Source: Lama glama (taxonomy: Eukaryota). From it: a stretch of 60,000 nucleotides of DNA. The notes beneath the pieces were generated by a model. That model was not told the DNA's origin. It saw only the letters and a program-made list of their open reading frames with translations, and ran no database searches. Positions 37,721 through 50,529 of the stretch are shown here, one piece after another (position 1 is the first letter of the stretch; every line of letters begins with the position of its first letter). The translations under genes were made by a program, and so were the position numbers. Location: assembly GCA_028534125.1 (NCBI GenBank), contig CM052818.1, positions 7,504,001 through 7,564,000 of the forward strand, read 5' to 3'.

Positions 37721-40044
37721 TAACAAGGGCTCTAATAAATGGCTTACAAAGATCTCCCCCTCCCTCACTCTTTTATTCTACTGCCTCCCACCTCCTCTCC
37801 TTCCCACATACACCTGCCCCATACATTTTATACTTTGGGGTTAGCCTGGAACTCTGGTTGCCTGCAGATTTTTTGTTTCCCCAAATCCTGTCTTCCTGAT
37901 AGCCACATCCCTGCCCCTGGCTGGAGTCTCAGAGAAAGTCGGAACATCTGACACGCATTGGTCACGCCTCCTCCCTTTGGGGACTAATTTCACGCTGTGC
38001 TTAGTAACGCATGCAAGAGCATTATCTCCTGCTGCAGGCAGCAGCCCTTGGGCTAGAAGTGTATTCTCCACCATGGCTAAAGTTGGGGAGAGCAAAACTT
38101 GGGGAAACTGAGGCACCCTAACATACAGGAGTAACTTAATTCCTCACATGCTTACATTAAAGATGAGATAAGGACCAGATGAATATATTTGGCTCATGTT
38201 TCAATCTGGTGATTCACCTATCACGCTGCCCACCTCCCTCAAGCCTTTCTCCACCTGAGGTCCTCTTACTGGGGAGTTGCCCAGCCCACACCCAAGCCAA
38301 AGCCGACTGACTGGCAGAGCACTAACAGGGCACCAAGCACCGTTTCTGATAAAGGCAGGTGGCTACTGCTCCTTCGTCTCTCCCTTTATCTGAGTGGATC
38401 AGAAGTCCGGGTGCCCCACAGGGTACAGGGTGTCTGACCTGTGTGTCCTACCTTGAGGACCCTGTAGTATTAATGAATTACTGTTAGCTTCCAAAGCCTG
38501 CAGGATAAAAAAGAAAAGAGCCCATTTGTGAATAGCAAACATACTCTCCTTCTCCACTCCCCACCCCACCAAATACTTGTGTCAAAAGCAACTGGAGGGA
38601 GCAATTGTTCCACTCAGCATTTGTCCAGCTGAGACCATCTCGGGGTCTGCTTTATCTCTGCCAGCGTCCAAATCCATGGGGAGTTTTAGGATGTGACAAT
38701 ACTAGGGCAGGTTTATCTTTGCCACATGTGACTTGGACCATATCAAGATTATTATCTAAAACTTACTTGAGGGGTGCTTACTATAATACCCAGGAGTTTG
38801 GAGATCACTTAGGGAAAGCTTTAACTGTAAGAATAAGGACAAAGCTAGGTTCCTGGTTTAGCTGAACTGGGGCATAAATAATTTCCCCTTATTCCACAGT
38901 CAGCACAGTTCTATGACGCCTGCCGGGTGCTGGGCCCTGAGCATGTAGAGGTGAGTGCCACGGACAGAGGTTCCTTCCCTGGTGAGACTTTCCAGCGGCT
39001 TATCCTGGGAGATTCTTGGACATCAACTATTTGCTTTCCAAAGATTCAATGGGAATTATTTAAATTTAACAAATACTCATGACAGCCGGTTCGGGGGCAA
39101 CTTTTCCAAACATGCTGTAACAAAATTGGCAGTTTTAGCTAAATCACACCCTGTTCTTCAGACACTTGACTCAGAGTTTTCTTTTACTACAGTGGATCTC
39201 TGTTCAGAACAGGGAGACTTGTAGGGACCAGCCACTCCAGCTCAATCTTAAAGACAAGTTTTTAGGCTGGACTGCGTTTTCTAGAAGAACAAACCCTTTA
39301 AATATTTTTATTCAAAGAGGGCAGTGATGACAACCTTTCATAGCCAACCTGAATATTTTAGAGGAAGCCTTTCTAGACTTTTGTATTGGGATAACCAATG
39401 GAACTAATAGACTTAGGAAATGCCAGAACTTTTAATAAGGAGAAGGAGAAAAAGAAAATACATTTTCTTAGAGGTTTTCCTCAGACTTAATTAGGCACTG
39501 GACACTGCCTCAGATTCTGAGTGGCTTAATATATTGGATGTTTTATGACTTATCCTTCATGTTATCCAACAACTACCTGTTCCATGTTCATTATATATCA
39601 TGCACTAAGCACTACTTTTTCACTTAAGATCTTCCAAATTTTATAAATTTTATACATTTTTGATGTTACTATTTCTATTGGTGCCTTAGTTGTGCCTTTA
39701 GGTATATTTTTCTGCTACATCACTAGAATTAGTGTTACCAAAAAGTCTCTGTGTATTATACATCCCTTAAATAAGTATACTAATTTTCCGTTTGGTCACT
39801 GTTCTTATACGTGTTTACAATAAAAGTTCATCCTTCCATTGTTAACTCTCCCACTTAAAAAAATTCCCAATTATTGAAAACTACGTATTTCTTAGGTTCT
39901 GTTCTGTATGATTACAACAGCAATAAGTGATTGAAAGGAAAGATATTTTCCTTAAAGTTTTAAGAAAGGCCCTTTTCTATGCAAAATTTCAAAGAAACTT
40001 TAATGAAAGTCAGGCAACCCAGCAATTACAAAGAATTCCTCTTC

Positions 40045-40276
40045 AGTGTCAGAGACCCAAGTTGAAATCTCCAAACCCCACCTCCACCTCTTACTAGTTA
40101 TGTGACCTTGAATAAGTTACTTAGTTTTCTAGAGCCTGGTTTTCTCATCAACAAAACAGTAATGTCTACACTGTTCTCAAAGTTACTGTGAAGATTGATT
40201 AGAATAGTACTTGTATCCTGCTTAATCCTGTACCAACATATAGGAAGCTCTTAATAAGCAGTTGCTAATAGTATTA
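40045..40276 (+). mobile_element. MIR SINE
   Basis: cttactagttatgtgaccttgaataagttactta...gtttctcatc. Confidence 0.8.
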
Positions 40277-40284
40277 CCAATGTG

Positions 40285-40495
40285 TAAGACTGCCAACCAT
40301 ATGACAGGCAGTGCTGGGAGATTTCACATATGCTATCTCATTTAATCTTTCACAATCTTGTGAAGCAAGAAAAAACTCCTTTCGCTTTTATAAATTAGGA
40401 AGGTAAGAGTTAGAGAGATTAAGTAACTTGCTGTACGCAGGGCTAGGCTTTGCAGCCAAGCCTGCCTGACTCCAAAGTCCATTTTCTTCCCCCGT
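40285..40495 (-). mobile_element. MIR SINE (tail-to-tail with the previous copy)
   Basis: atctcatttaatctttcacaa...gagagattaagtaacttg...ctgactccaaagtcc. Confidence 0.8.
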
Positions 40496-40854
40496 GGAAG
40501 AACATTGTCCTTTCCAAGCTTCTCTTGTTGTTCCAAGCAACATGTGGATAGCCATTTTCAAATTTGTATTTTTTTAATGCATAGCTAAATGAAACCACTG
40601 CTTTTCTCTTACATTATCGTAAATAACAAATACATCTTCCCACCATATTTAAGTCCTTTATCATTCAAGATAAATATATTTTCTGTAAAGATTGCTTTGG
40701 CCATTTGGGAGAAACTCAAGTTCTCTACTTAAGATTTATAAACAGAAGGAGTAAATCACAGATAAAGAGATGTGTGTTTCTTTGATTCCTGGTGCTGGAT
40801 GTGTACCTATCTTAATCTGAATTTGGATTTTAGTCATTGTGACACATCTTTGTT

Positions 40855-41100
40855 CATTTCTTCTTTCATTCAACATGTACTTACTGAACGCTGGATGATT
40901 TAGTCCTAAGTCCTGCCTTCAAGGAACTAAAGATTTGGTAGGAAAGATAGGATGTACAAAGACCTATAATTGCAGACAAGAAGTGATTGGTGCTAGAAGA
41001 AGGGTAGAAATAAAATGTTAGGGAATCTCAAGGATCATAGTTTCTTCTCAATGGGAAGAGAAGAGTCAAAGTGAAGAGTCAAAGTCAACTTTAGGGGAAA
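40855..41100 (-). mobile_element. L2 3' fragment
   Basis: ttcattcaacatgtacttactgaac...gtcctgccttcaaggaact. Confidence 0.6.
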
Positions 41101-41129
41101 CATGACCTCCTCCATCTAAGTGCAAACTA

Positions 41130-41305
41130 TTCATGAATTTGCTTCAAGATAATACAGAAAAGGGTATGTAGGTAGGGGTGCAGATGAAATAAGACTGGAC
41201 ATGAGTTGATCACAGGGAAGTTGAGTGATGGGAGTACATAGAGCTTCATCCCACTAGTGTGCCTTGCTTTCGGATATATTTGAAATTTTACCTTATAAAA
41301 AGTTA
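41130..41305 (+). mobile_element. Old L1 (L1ME-like) 3' end
   Basis: tttgcttcaagataat...cagatgaaataagactgg...tgagtgatgggagtaca...atttgaaatttt. Confidence 0.7.
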
Positions 41306-43029
41306 ACCCACAAGATCATTTGCTTATGTAATAAGCTACATACAAAAGGCTACAAAATGTGTAATATAATAGTTTGGGCCTGGATGAGTGACTGGACAGA
41401 GAGGGGTTAGTGACTACCAGTGAAATGAACTGAATTCTCCTCCCCAAACTGCTGTTCCTCCTTGCCTCCCCTCCACACACAGAGAATTCTTCCATGTGAA
41501 ACTATAGATTAGAAAGCCTGAGTGTAGGGTCATAACAACCCAGGGATCTCCGAGTAGCAATGCCTGCCTCTGGGGAGGGAGCATGTATTCTGATGAAAAC
41601 AACAGTCAGTGTTGGTTTTATAGAAAATTGAACTCAGCACAATCAATTAAATTCAGAGGCTTCAGGGTATCTGAATTGAATTATAGAGCAGTGTCCCATC
41701 TGTCTCATCACTCATGGAGATCTTCCTTGTTGGCTCAGGGAAGGATATATGTCAATATTTGTAGATGAGACAAAAGCATTCAACACTGCATTGACTCATG
41801 AGTTCCTAGTGGCTCTATCCAACACATACCCCTGAAACGGTCCATAGGTATGTAATGTAGTGATTTCTGTTAATTAAGCAGGGTGTAACAGTGCTATAGG
41901 CATGCCTCTAGCCTAATTCAGATGCTCTCAGACATGCCAGGAAAAGGGGGATGGAAAGGGACTAGAGCTCAGCCATCTGGCAGCATTTCCTAAAACCGGA
42001 CAGATTCATGAAGTACTGCACTGGGGGAGGTGCAAGATACACTTTTCTTACTCTTTTGAGGATGATAGAGTGTACTTCTCCTAGATATTCTGCCTGGATA
42101 TTTTTACGAAAATCAGAATATTCTGAAGAGGCATTGCCACCCTGACTCCAAACCCCAAATTAAAATTACAGATGGTAAAATTAGAGAGTGTTACATGCTA
42201 CTTTAATTCTGTGCTGCTGTGCTTTAGGTGGCTTCTCATTTAAGAGTACATAATTATTTTCAAATTATCATATATCATTTCATGGTTAAATTAGATTATC
42301 AGCTAGAACTTCCAGGGAGATTGGAATTCTACATGCAAACTAGATTCTGATGACTATTTATGCTCCTTTTGGATAGTTTTGTTTCCTGAACCTTCAGAGC
42401 ATCTGTTTCACAGGTGACCACCATAGGGCACTGGGAAATATTTAGGTGGAAGAGATCAGTGCTGTTTCATATGGCATGTTTACAAGAGACGTAGTTTGTC
42501 CATATCAGAAACTTACCTAGTATTCAGGACGGGTATAGGTTTCTGAGAACATCAAAATATTTCTTTAAGGAAGTGTAATTTACCTAACTTCTTATTTCTT
42601 AATTATACCCAGGCACGCGTGCGTGTGTGTATGTGTGTTTCTACACCTTACGTCAACAAAAGAGAAAGAAGCACTTAAAAGAGTCTGTGCCTTTATGTGC
42701 CTTTATTCACTGTGAGACAAAATGACTTAGAAACTCCCTGGATATACTGTGATCAACTGCTCTACTTTCAGTTTTGACAGCTTTAATGCTTCTAAGCCAC
42801 CAGGCTCCTGGTATTCTTCCTCTTCTTTCTAAAGAGAAACAGTGATTTTGTTTACACGTGTAGTCAGTCTGATAATTATCTAAATTTGTTTCAACCAACC
42901 CTGCTTGATCTCTGTAGTGTCAAATGATAAAATCTATCCTTTTTCAAAATGCCAAACATCTTTCAGATCCCAGGTCAGAGGTCACTCCCCTGGGGGAAAT
43001 CAGAAGACTTTAAAGCAGTTGAAAGCCTG

Positions 43030-43285
43030 GATTTCCTCACAGAAATCAGCCACATAGGATAATCTTACAGCCCTCACATTCTCCTAATTTCCACCAGCTG
43101 TGTGATTATTTAATTGGTTTTCATTTATTCCATGAGACAGTATAAGCTCCATGAGGGTAGGGCCCTAGTCAGTTTTGATCATCATATTCTCAGTGCCTGA
43201 AACAAGAAAGGTGCTCAAGAAATATTTGTTGAATTAATGAATGTAAAAATATATAAAACATGTGCATGAATAAATGAGTGAACTA
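43030..43285 (+). mobile_element. L2 3' end
   Basis: taagctccatgagggtaggg...gtgctcaagaaatatttgttgaattaatgaat. Confidence 0.8.
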
Positions 43286-43324
43286 AAGAATTTGCTGAAA
43301 AGGCCTTTATCATTAACACTCTGG

Positions 43325-43543
43325 AACTGTACTGTCCAATAAAATAGCCATTACACATATGTGGCTCGTTAAATTTAGCCTTAAATTAATTAAAATTAAT
43401 AAAATTTAAAATCCAATTTCTCAATTGCCTTAGCCACGTTTCCAATACTTAATATTCACACATGGCTATTGGCTACCATATTTGACAGTGCAGATTATAG
43501 AGCGTTTCCATCATAGTAGAAAGTTCTATTGGACAGTCCAGCT
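43325..43543. mobile_element. MER3/MER33-type hAT-Charlie element
   Basis: ctgtccaata...tagcca...atgtggct...ggctaccatatt...tttccatcatagtagaaagttctattggacag with inverted termini ctgtccaata/tattggacag. Confidence 0.8.
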
Positions 43544-45231
43544 CAAGTAATTCTAAAATTCTAGCCCAAGGAGAATATTATTTTTCCAGGCTCAATCAGC
43601 TCATTATTTCTGCTGCTATTGTTAATATTAGCTATATGATTTAAACCCCTTTCCTATAAAACTATTCTCTACTCAATGTTAAGCGTAAGCTGAATATTTC
43701 ACCTCTTTTTCTTCTAAAACATTGACAAATCATTTGGCTGCTTTGATTAATGAGGGTCCAAGGGCTTATAGTTCTATACTCTTCCCTGAGCACTCAAAAG
43801 AATCTTTGAAATTGAGAAAATTCACTGTTCTAAAAGTGCGTTCATTACACAGGCCAGGCCTCTGTGTACTATGCTTAGAATAAAAATGGGAAAGATATAA
43901 TGTATTTTAGGAGTCATCATTAGTGTGTGAGGAATCTGGGTTTGTATTAATTTACTCAGTTGTGTTAAATGCATGATTGCACACATTCTGAAATTGTAAT
44001 TGTGTGTTAAACTGGTATAGTTTTCCAAATAAATAATATTCTATACATTTACTGAGATCTTTTTATTTCAGCACTTAAGTATTTTAAAGAATCTGAGACT
44101 CTAGTTACAACTATCTAATTCTGTACTGTATAAGCAAGTATTTTTCTTTTGAGAGCAGAGATTGGAAAGTTGCCAGGGGTTAGGAGAACAAAACTATAAC
44201 ATTTATACTTATTTAAAAGTAATGATTTGACTCAAATACCCACATAAGCATAAGCATCTGTAGTGATGTAAGTATTAGAGAGGATAAGAGAATGGTAAGG
44301 ATGATATGGTTCTCAGATTCAGGTACACAAACCAGGAAACCAAGCACGCCAGGAGAAGTTTGCAAATACAAATCCCTAGGAAGCTTTGCTTCTTGTGATA
44401 AACGGCAAGGTTCTATGTAAGCTAGACTCTAAAAATTCTATTTTTGTCCATATCTTTATATTAAAAGAAAGATTCTCTCCAGTAAATATTATGGTTACCT
44501 TAACTGCACCCACATGTTTTAAATTACATACCACAAACTTTTGTCAATCTGTATCATACACTACCGAAACCAGCTTTTGGACCAAATGCATTTTACAGAA
44601 CCATCACTTTCATGTCCCAGGTTTCAGTGACCATTAATAAAAGTGATGACTACCAGCGCTGTTTTTGACAGGTAACCACCTCAATGCCAAACATGCTTGT
44701 TGACATCACTAAAACATTATCATTTATCATATTCTAGTACCTTCAACTTTTCATACCACAGGTGTTCCAAACCATAGGAAATCAAATATTTCCCAAATAG
44801 CATACCTTAAAACGTCAAGCCCTACAAACTGAAAGTACACAATTAACCCTTTTTCAAGTGCATCTGCAGGGATTGCATCTGTTTCTACTTACTAACATTG
44901 TTAGGGTTTCTGCTTCACTCTTTCAGTACTTAGTCAGCCCTTATATATCAGGGTTTTTTGTCTAAAAAATGCATGTCACATTTGGCAAAGGGGAAATTTC
45001 ATGGTTTCCCACTTGGCTTTTGAGCAATTCAGATTTCGCTTCTTAGAAGGTAAACGTAGGGGTTGTCAGAATGTCACACAGCATAAGGAATGGCTGGAGC
45101 CATGGGGAACCAAATGAGTAGAAAATAAAACTGGGAAGGTCCACGCCCCACATCTCTGCTGATTTCTGTGTGGAAATCCAAGACCAACCAATCTCTTTGA
45201 ATTCTGTGCTCCTAGAGACCATTACTTTGCA

Positions 45232-45422
45232 AGTGTTGGAAGCTCAAATGCATTTTAGGTCAAGGCATGTAACGTCAATGAGTGAAGTAAGGCTGACAGA
45301 AAATAGAGATGAGTGGAAACTGTAAAACCCATCTGAAAACATGTAAATTTTTGGAAAATGTTCAAAAGACTGAAGAAGCCCATTGAGAGCAATCTGTGGA
45401 GTTACAGATTTGAAGTTTCTGC
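45232..45422 (+). mobile_element. hAT fossil (MER102-like, internally deleted)
   Basis: ctcaaatgc...aggcatgtaacgtcaatgagtgaag; family name from memory. Confidence 0.45.
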
Positions 45423-45874
45423 TATAGGGGACAGCTTGATCTTGGGGCAGGGGGAAGAGGGTTACTGGCTGGAATAAACTGACAAACTTTGCATTCAGTA
45501 AAAGTCATGAGTCCATGTGAAGCAAGTTTTTCAAGTTTTAGGTTGTAAAATGAGATCTATTTAATGAATGAACTTTAACCTTTCTTCAACTTTTTTCCAT
45601 CCCCCTCCCTAAATACCTCACTTTTCTGTTGGCTTGATCAAGGCTGCTTTGCCCAACGTTGCTGAATACTGAGTTCTTTCCGACCACTGACATTATAGTC
45701 CAGACCGTGGAGGGCAGGTTTATAACTCGTCCAAATTTTGTGTGAAACAATAACAGGAGTTCTGAGATCCTTTGTCAGTTTTGAAGGTGCTGTGTTTCGA
45801 AGATACCTTCCTGTGGGTGGTACTCCCACTCTTGATGGAAACAGAGTAACTAAAATGGGCTTACAGTATGCCAC

Positions 45875-46060
45875 TTTCAACTAGTACTGTCTAAATCTTG
45901 TGCAATTTGGGGCAAATAAATAACCTCTCTAATTTCCTCATCTTTTACTGTGAAGGAAGATGATAGCTAACTTATAGAGTTGTTATTAGCATCACATGTG
46001 TTGATGCATACAAGAGGTCATCTAGTAAGTACTCAATAAATAATATCTGTTTTGTTACTA
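45875..46060 (+). mobile_element. MIR SINE
   Basis: gggcaaataaataacctctc...tttcctcatct...agtaagtactcaataaat. Confidence 0.7.
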
Positions 46061-46189
46061 TACTTCCCACATCATTTACTAATTATCCTGAATATTGATG
46101 ATACAATGGCAGTGACATTGAGAAATTTGGTCAGAGTGCTTAGCTAGAAGCATGCAACTTAAAAGGAAGTGGATTACAAAGAGGGGGAA

Positions 46190-46329
46190 ATGACAATGAA
46201 CATTTAGTGGATGTTTGCAGTGTGTCAGATAAGTGCTGTGGTAAGTGCTCTCTTTACATGTGTTGTCTCTTACTTTTCACATCTCCATGAGTTATGAGCT
46301 CTTAATAACTGCACTTTGGAAATGACTTA
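46190..46329 (-). mobile_element. MIR SINE, left part (split by an LTR)
   Basis: gaacatttagtgga...tgtgtcag...taagtgct...tttacatg. Confidence 0.55.
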
Positions 46330-46830
46330 CATGATGGTTTGCATTATACAAACCTGGGTAAACTAGACCTAAGTTCCCCAGAATCCTCTTCCCTGTATGT
46401 TTCTGAGTTTGATTTGGCCAAAAGTGGAATTTGCATGAGATTTGGAAGGCAGAAAAAAGCAGCAGCCATTACTCTCCGAAGGTCCTCATGGGTAGATGCA
46501 GCAATGGGCAGACATGGCGGTGCCAGTAGGTTCCAGCAGTTTGCTCTCCTCTAGTCCACAACCTACTCTTTGTGAGGACCTCTGGCCCTCCCAATCAGAC
46601 TCAACATCACCAGATGCTTGGATGCCAGCCTTTCGAGGCAACAGCTCCCCACAGAGTTCTCCACCAGCTTGTCTACTCACAGGCATGTTCAGGCAGTCGG
46701 ACATGTCTGCCTTCTCACATGGACTGACGGGTGACCCCTCTGATCTTGCAACTCCCCCTTCAGACCTTTACTTCCCCAGTGCCTCCCACACTAGGAGTTC
46801 TGCTTCCCTAATTGAACCTTGACTGATACA
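46330..46830 (+). mobile_element. ERVL solo LTR (LTR40-like)
   Basis: cccagaatcctcttccctgtatg...ggccaaaag...gagatttggaaggcag...; ends gttctgcttccctaattgaaccttgactgataca. Confidence 0.7.
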
Positions 46831-46839
46831 AAGTAGTGG

Positions 46840-46958
46840 CGACAAGGTGAGATGAAGTAGCTTACCCAGGGTCACTCAGTGCACAGTGTAGCTGGAATGG
46901 GAAGCCTTGATCTGCTTCCAGAGCCCGTGTTCTTCATAACCACAGTGCAGCATTGCCT
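46840..46958 (-). mobile_element. MIR SINE, right part
   Basis: gatgaagtagcttacccagggtcac...ttccagagcccgtgttctt...taaccac. Confidence 0.65.
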
Positions 46959-47211
46959 TGAAGAGGGGGACAAGGAAGAAGGAGGTAGTGAAGTAAGCCA
47001 AGAGGCGAGGCTTGAGGGTTATATCTAAGGAGGGAGGGAACGTTGAGAACCAGGTGGAGAGAAAAGAAAAGTGAGGAGGAATCAAAGATAAAGGGGGATG
47101 GGATAGCAGCATACCCAGCTCTACTTGCTCTGCCAGTACTTCCTTTTTAGCACAAAGGGGGAATTTTAAGCACAGCTAATACATGCCAGAGGACTGCTGA
47201 GCTCAATTGTT

Positions 47212-47424
47212 TTTTAAATTTAATTATTTTTTAATTTGTATGTGTATTTTATTGAAGTATATAGTCAGTTTACAATGTTGTGTCAATTTTTGGTGCACAA
47301 CATAATGCTTCAGTCATACATGAATATACATGTATTCATTTTCATATTCTTTTTCACCATAAGTTACTGCAAGATATTGAATATAGTTCCCTGTGCTGTA
47401 CAGTATGAATTTGTTGTGTATCTA
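47212..47424 (-). mobile_element. Young lineage-specific L1 3' end with TSD
   Basis: ttttattgaagtat...gtcagtttacaatgttgtgtcaattt...gatattgaatatagttccctgtgct; TSD gctcaattgtt at 47201-47211 and 47427-47437. Confidence 0.85.
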
Positions 47425-47976
47425 GTGCTCAATTGTTGAGGAAGCAAATGCCCTTTCAGTTTTACCCTTCTGTTAGAAATTGAATCCAAAGTTTTAGAAA
47501 AGGGTTTTTTGGTTTTTTTTTTGGTTTGGTTTTTTTTTAACAGAGGACCTGATAATTTCTTAAATACTTTACTCTTTTTTTTTTTTTGTAGCCTTTGTTA
47601 ATCAATTTTTACAACCTTTCTTAAGTCACTGGTAAATATCGACTTCTAAGCCAACAGCCGTTATTACAGACTTTGTCCATGAGTTGAGACATCAGATATT
47701 TTTATGCAACAGAACAATGACTAATAATTTAATTTGGGAGCATCATGTTCAGCTAGGGTAATTATCAATTTAACTATGTGATACTCAGCATGAGGGATGC
47801 AGCAAACTTTGCACATAATTCCAAAATAGAGGTGTGAAATACCATTTTCCCATGTGACTACTTGGTTTCCCCTAGATATTTACTATGTATAATATTATAG
47901 CTGCCAAGGAGGCATAGAAATTAGTTAAAAATTTTACTGGGTTTTCTTTTCCACTTTGAGGCAGCTAAGACTCTAA

Positions 47977-48476
47977 NNNNNNNNNNNNNNNNNNNNNNNN
48001 NNNNNNNNNNNNNNNNNNNNNNNNNNNNNNNNNNNNNNNNNNNNNNNNNNNNNNNNNNNNNNNNNNNNNNNNNNNNNNNNNNNNNNNNNNNNNNNNNNNN
48101 NNNNNNNNNNNNNNNNNNNNNNNNNNNNNNNNNNNNNNNNNNNNNNNNNNNNNNNNNNNNNNNNNNNNNNNNNNNNNNNNNNNNNNNNNNNNNNNNNNNN
48201 NNNNNNNNNNNNNNNNNNNNNNNNNNNNNNNNNNNNNNNNNNNNNNNNNNNNNNNNNNNNNNNNNNNNNNNNNNNNNNNNNNNNNNNNNNNNNNNNNNNN
48301 NNNNNNNNNNNNNNNNNNNNNNNNNNNNNNNNNNNNNNNNNNNNNNNNNNNNNNNNNNNNNNNNNNNNNNNNNNNNNNNNNNNNNNNNNNNNNNNNNNNN
48401 NNNNNNNNNNNNNNNNNNNNNNNNNNNNNNNNNNNNNNNNNNNNNNNNNNNNNNNNNNNNNNNNNNNNNNNNNNNN
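47977..48476. other. Assembly gap, exactly 500 N
   Basis: Read directly. Confidence 0.99.
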
Positions 48477-49779
48477 TTATTATTTATGTGTATATTTATA
48501 ATGATAATCAATATGGTTATGAATTATCTTATAATTATATATCATTGTATCATAACAGATAATTGCTCATAATTTACTATCACTGTGAAAAGAAGGGGAA
48601 ATGTTAGTCCCTTGGAGTTTCTGGGACAGGGCCTGGAAAACCGCCTTCAGCCCCTCAAGCCCCACCCCTCAGCAGCCGTCACCACAGGTAACTGGGCAGC
48701 GGAGCCCTAACCTTCAGCCTTTGTTCTGTACCTCTTTGTATATCCCAGCTTGCACTTCTTTTCCCTGCCAGTTCTCAGCCCTCCCACATTCTGGCCTCCT
48801 GGGGTTTTTTTTCCTGTCTGTAGTCTCAGGCATGACTGCTTACTACCTCCCTGGTGCTGACCTCTGCCTCTCCCTTGTTCACAATCTGGATACCTGGTGA
48901 AGCCATGGGCTCCCACTCCTCAGCACAGACCCTCCCAAGCTGCCACTTCCTAGTTTACCCAGCACCAAAGAGGAACTGAACACAAAGGCAGAAAGCTGAG
49001 AGACGTGGTGTTCCCTAAGTAAGCCTCAATTCCGGGGACAGTTATTAACAACTTATTCTCCAGTCCCTGCTTTGTGACTCTGGGTGACAGTGTGGCCATT
49101 GTGGTATCAATGTTATGCTTGCACTAAGAGTTCCTCCATGTGGCTGTGGGCTCTTTACCTGAACTCTGAAATGCATGGCAGGGCAGCTGGAGAGTGTGCA
49201 CAGGAAACATGAAGGGGGATGCAAAACAGAGAAGCGAACATTCAAAGATCAAGTATTTGCCTTGCCTGGATTTATAAGCAGGTAAGGCGCTCCTGTACCT
49301 TGGAGGCAGCACCCAATAAAGACCCAGCGTACTACCTCGTTAATGGCTTCACTTGGGGCCTTTTTTGCTCGATTCAGCTTGTACTCTGCTTCCATACTTG
49401 GTCTTGATCAACTGAAATTCTGAGTTTCGACTCATCTCCTCAATAGTTTGAGTTGTACCCTTTGGGTTAGGGTTAGATATTAATCTTCTCTTACAGGCTT
49501 TGATTTGCCTTCTCGGGAACACTTCAAACATGCTCTGTGGGACATATGTGCTACTTAGACCAGCCCCAGCCACAATCCCTACCGCCACTCCTATGTGGGA
49601 CTCCAGCCCCCAGCACAGCCCAGTTTGTTCCAATCCCTAAGAAAGGGATTTGAACAATTGTAGAGTAAGTATAGTGAGGAAGAGAGGAAAGGGTTACTAA
49701 CATTTTTGAGTACTTTTTATAAGCTTAGTGTTCTTCTGGACATTTTGTTCATAGTATCACCTTTAATTTTTAGGATTCA

Positions 49780-49880
49780 TTAGAATGTAAATTCCTGAAG
49801 TCAGAGATTTTTGCTGTTGTTATCTCCAGTGCCCAGAACAGTGCCAGACATACAGAAAATGCTCAGAAAATATTGGTTGA
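49780..49880 (+). mobile_element. L2 3' end
   Basis: tagaatgtaaattcctga...tatctccagtgcccagaacagtgcc...gctcagaaaatattggttga. Confidence 0.75.
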
Positions 49881-49889
49881 GCACCTCTA

Positions 49890-50195
49890 TCACCAAGATC
49901 TTGGTTTCTAAATGCCATTCCCCAGTGAAAGGAACCAGGGCTCTTTGGAGAGATGGCTGATTCTAGGACGGGGCAGAGAAAATTTAAGATGAGCCCAAAG
50001 CATGTTATAGTCCTAGAAAGGCATGCTCCAAAAAACAAAGGATATGGACATATCAAAGGGACACAGGAACCATTATGAAAGGGCTCCCCATAGCCAAAGC
50101 TAGAACAATTTGAATAGCAAAATAAATAACATAGCATTAGATTATTACCTAAAATATAAAATATACATAAGACCATATGAATGAATGAAGCTTTC
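49890..50195 (+). mobile_element. Old L1 (L1MC/MD-like) 3' region
   Basis: gatcttggtttctaaatgccattc...aaaggaaccagggctc...atcaaagggacacagga...ccaaagctagaacaatttga. Confidence 0.75.
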
Positions 50196-50197
50196 TC

Positions 50198-50461
50198 CAA
50201 TAACTGTAAGATTGTTTACTATGTCTGCAAGTCTTTCTGTTTAGTAGATGAGTTCATAGTGTCTTTTTTTTTTTAAAGATTCCACATATGAGTGATATCG
50301 CATGGTATTTTTCTTTCTCTTTCTGGCTTACTTCATTTAGAATGACGATCTCTAGGTCCATCCATGTTGATGCAAATGGCATTATTTTATTCTTTTTATG
50401 GCTGAGTAGTATTCCATTGTATAAATATACCACAATTCTTTATCCAGTTATCTGTTGATGG
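50198..50461 (-). mobile_element. Younger L1 fragment (ORF2 end / 3'UTR start), no tail
   Basis: agattccacatatgagtgatatc...tggcttacttcatttagaatgac...ctaggtccatccatgttg...ggctgagtagtattccattg. Confidence 0.85.
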
Positions 50462-50529
50462 TGTCCTAAGGTTTCAATTGTAACTTACATTAAGGGACTA
50501 CTGTGTGTAGGCATATATGTTCATTACTA

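Noticed and set aside
40045..40495. Inverted MIR pair as a dsRNA-forming element
   Set aside because: Copies are too diverged for long stable pairing; the arrangement is common
45612..45880. Possible coding exon in CpG-retaining unique sequence
   Set aside because: Frames tested between the plausible splice sites contain stops and give no recognisable peptide
47921..48511. 196-aa ORF
   Set aside because: Artefact of translating through the N gap
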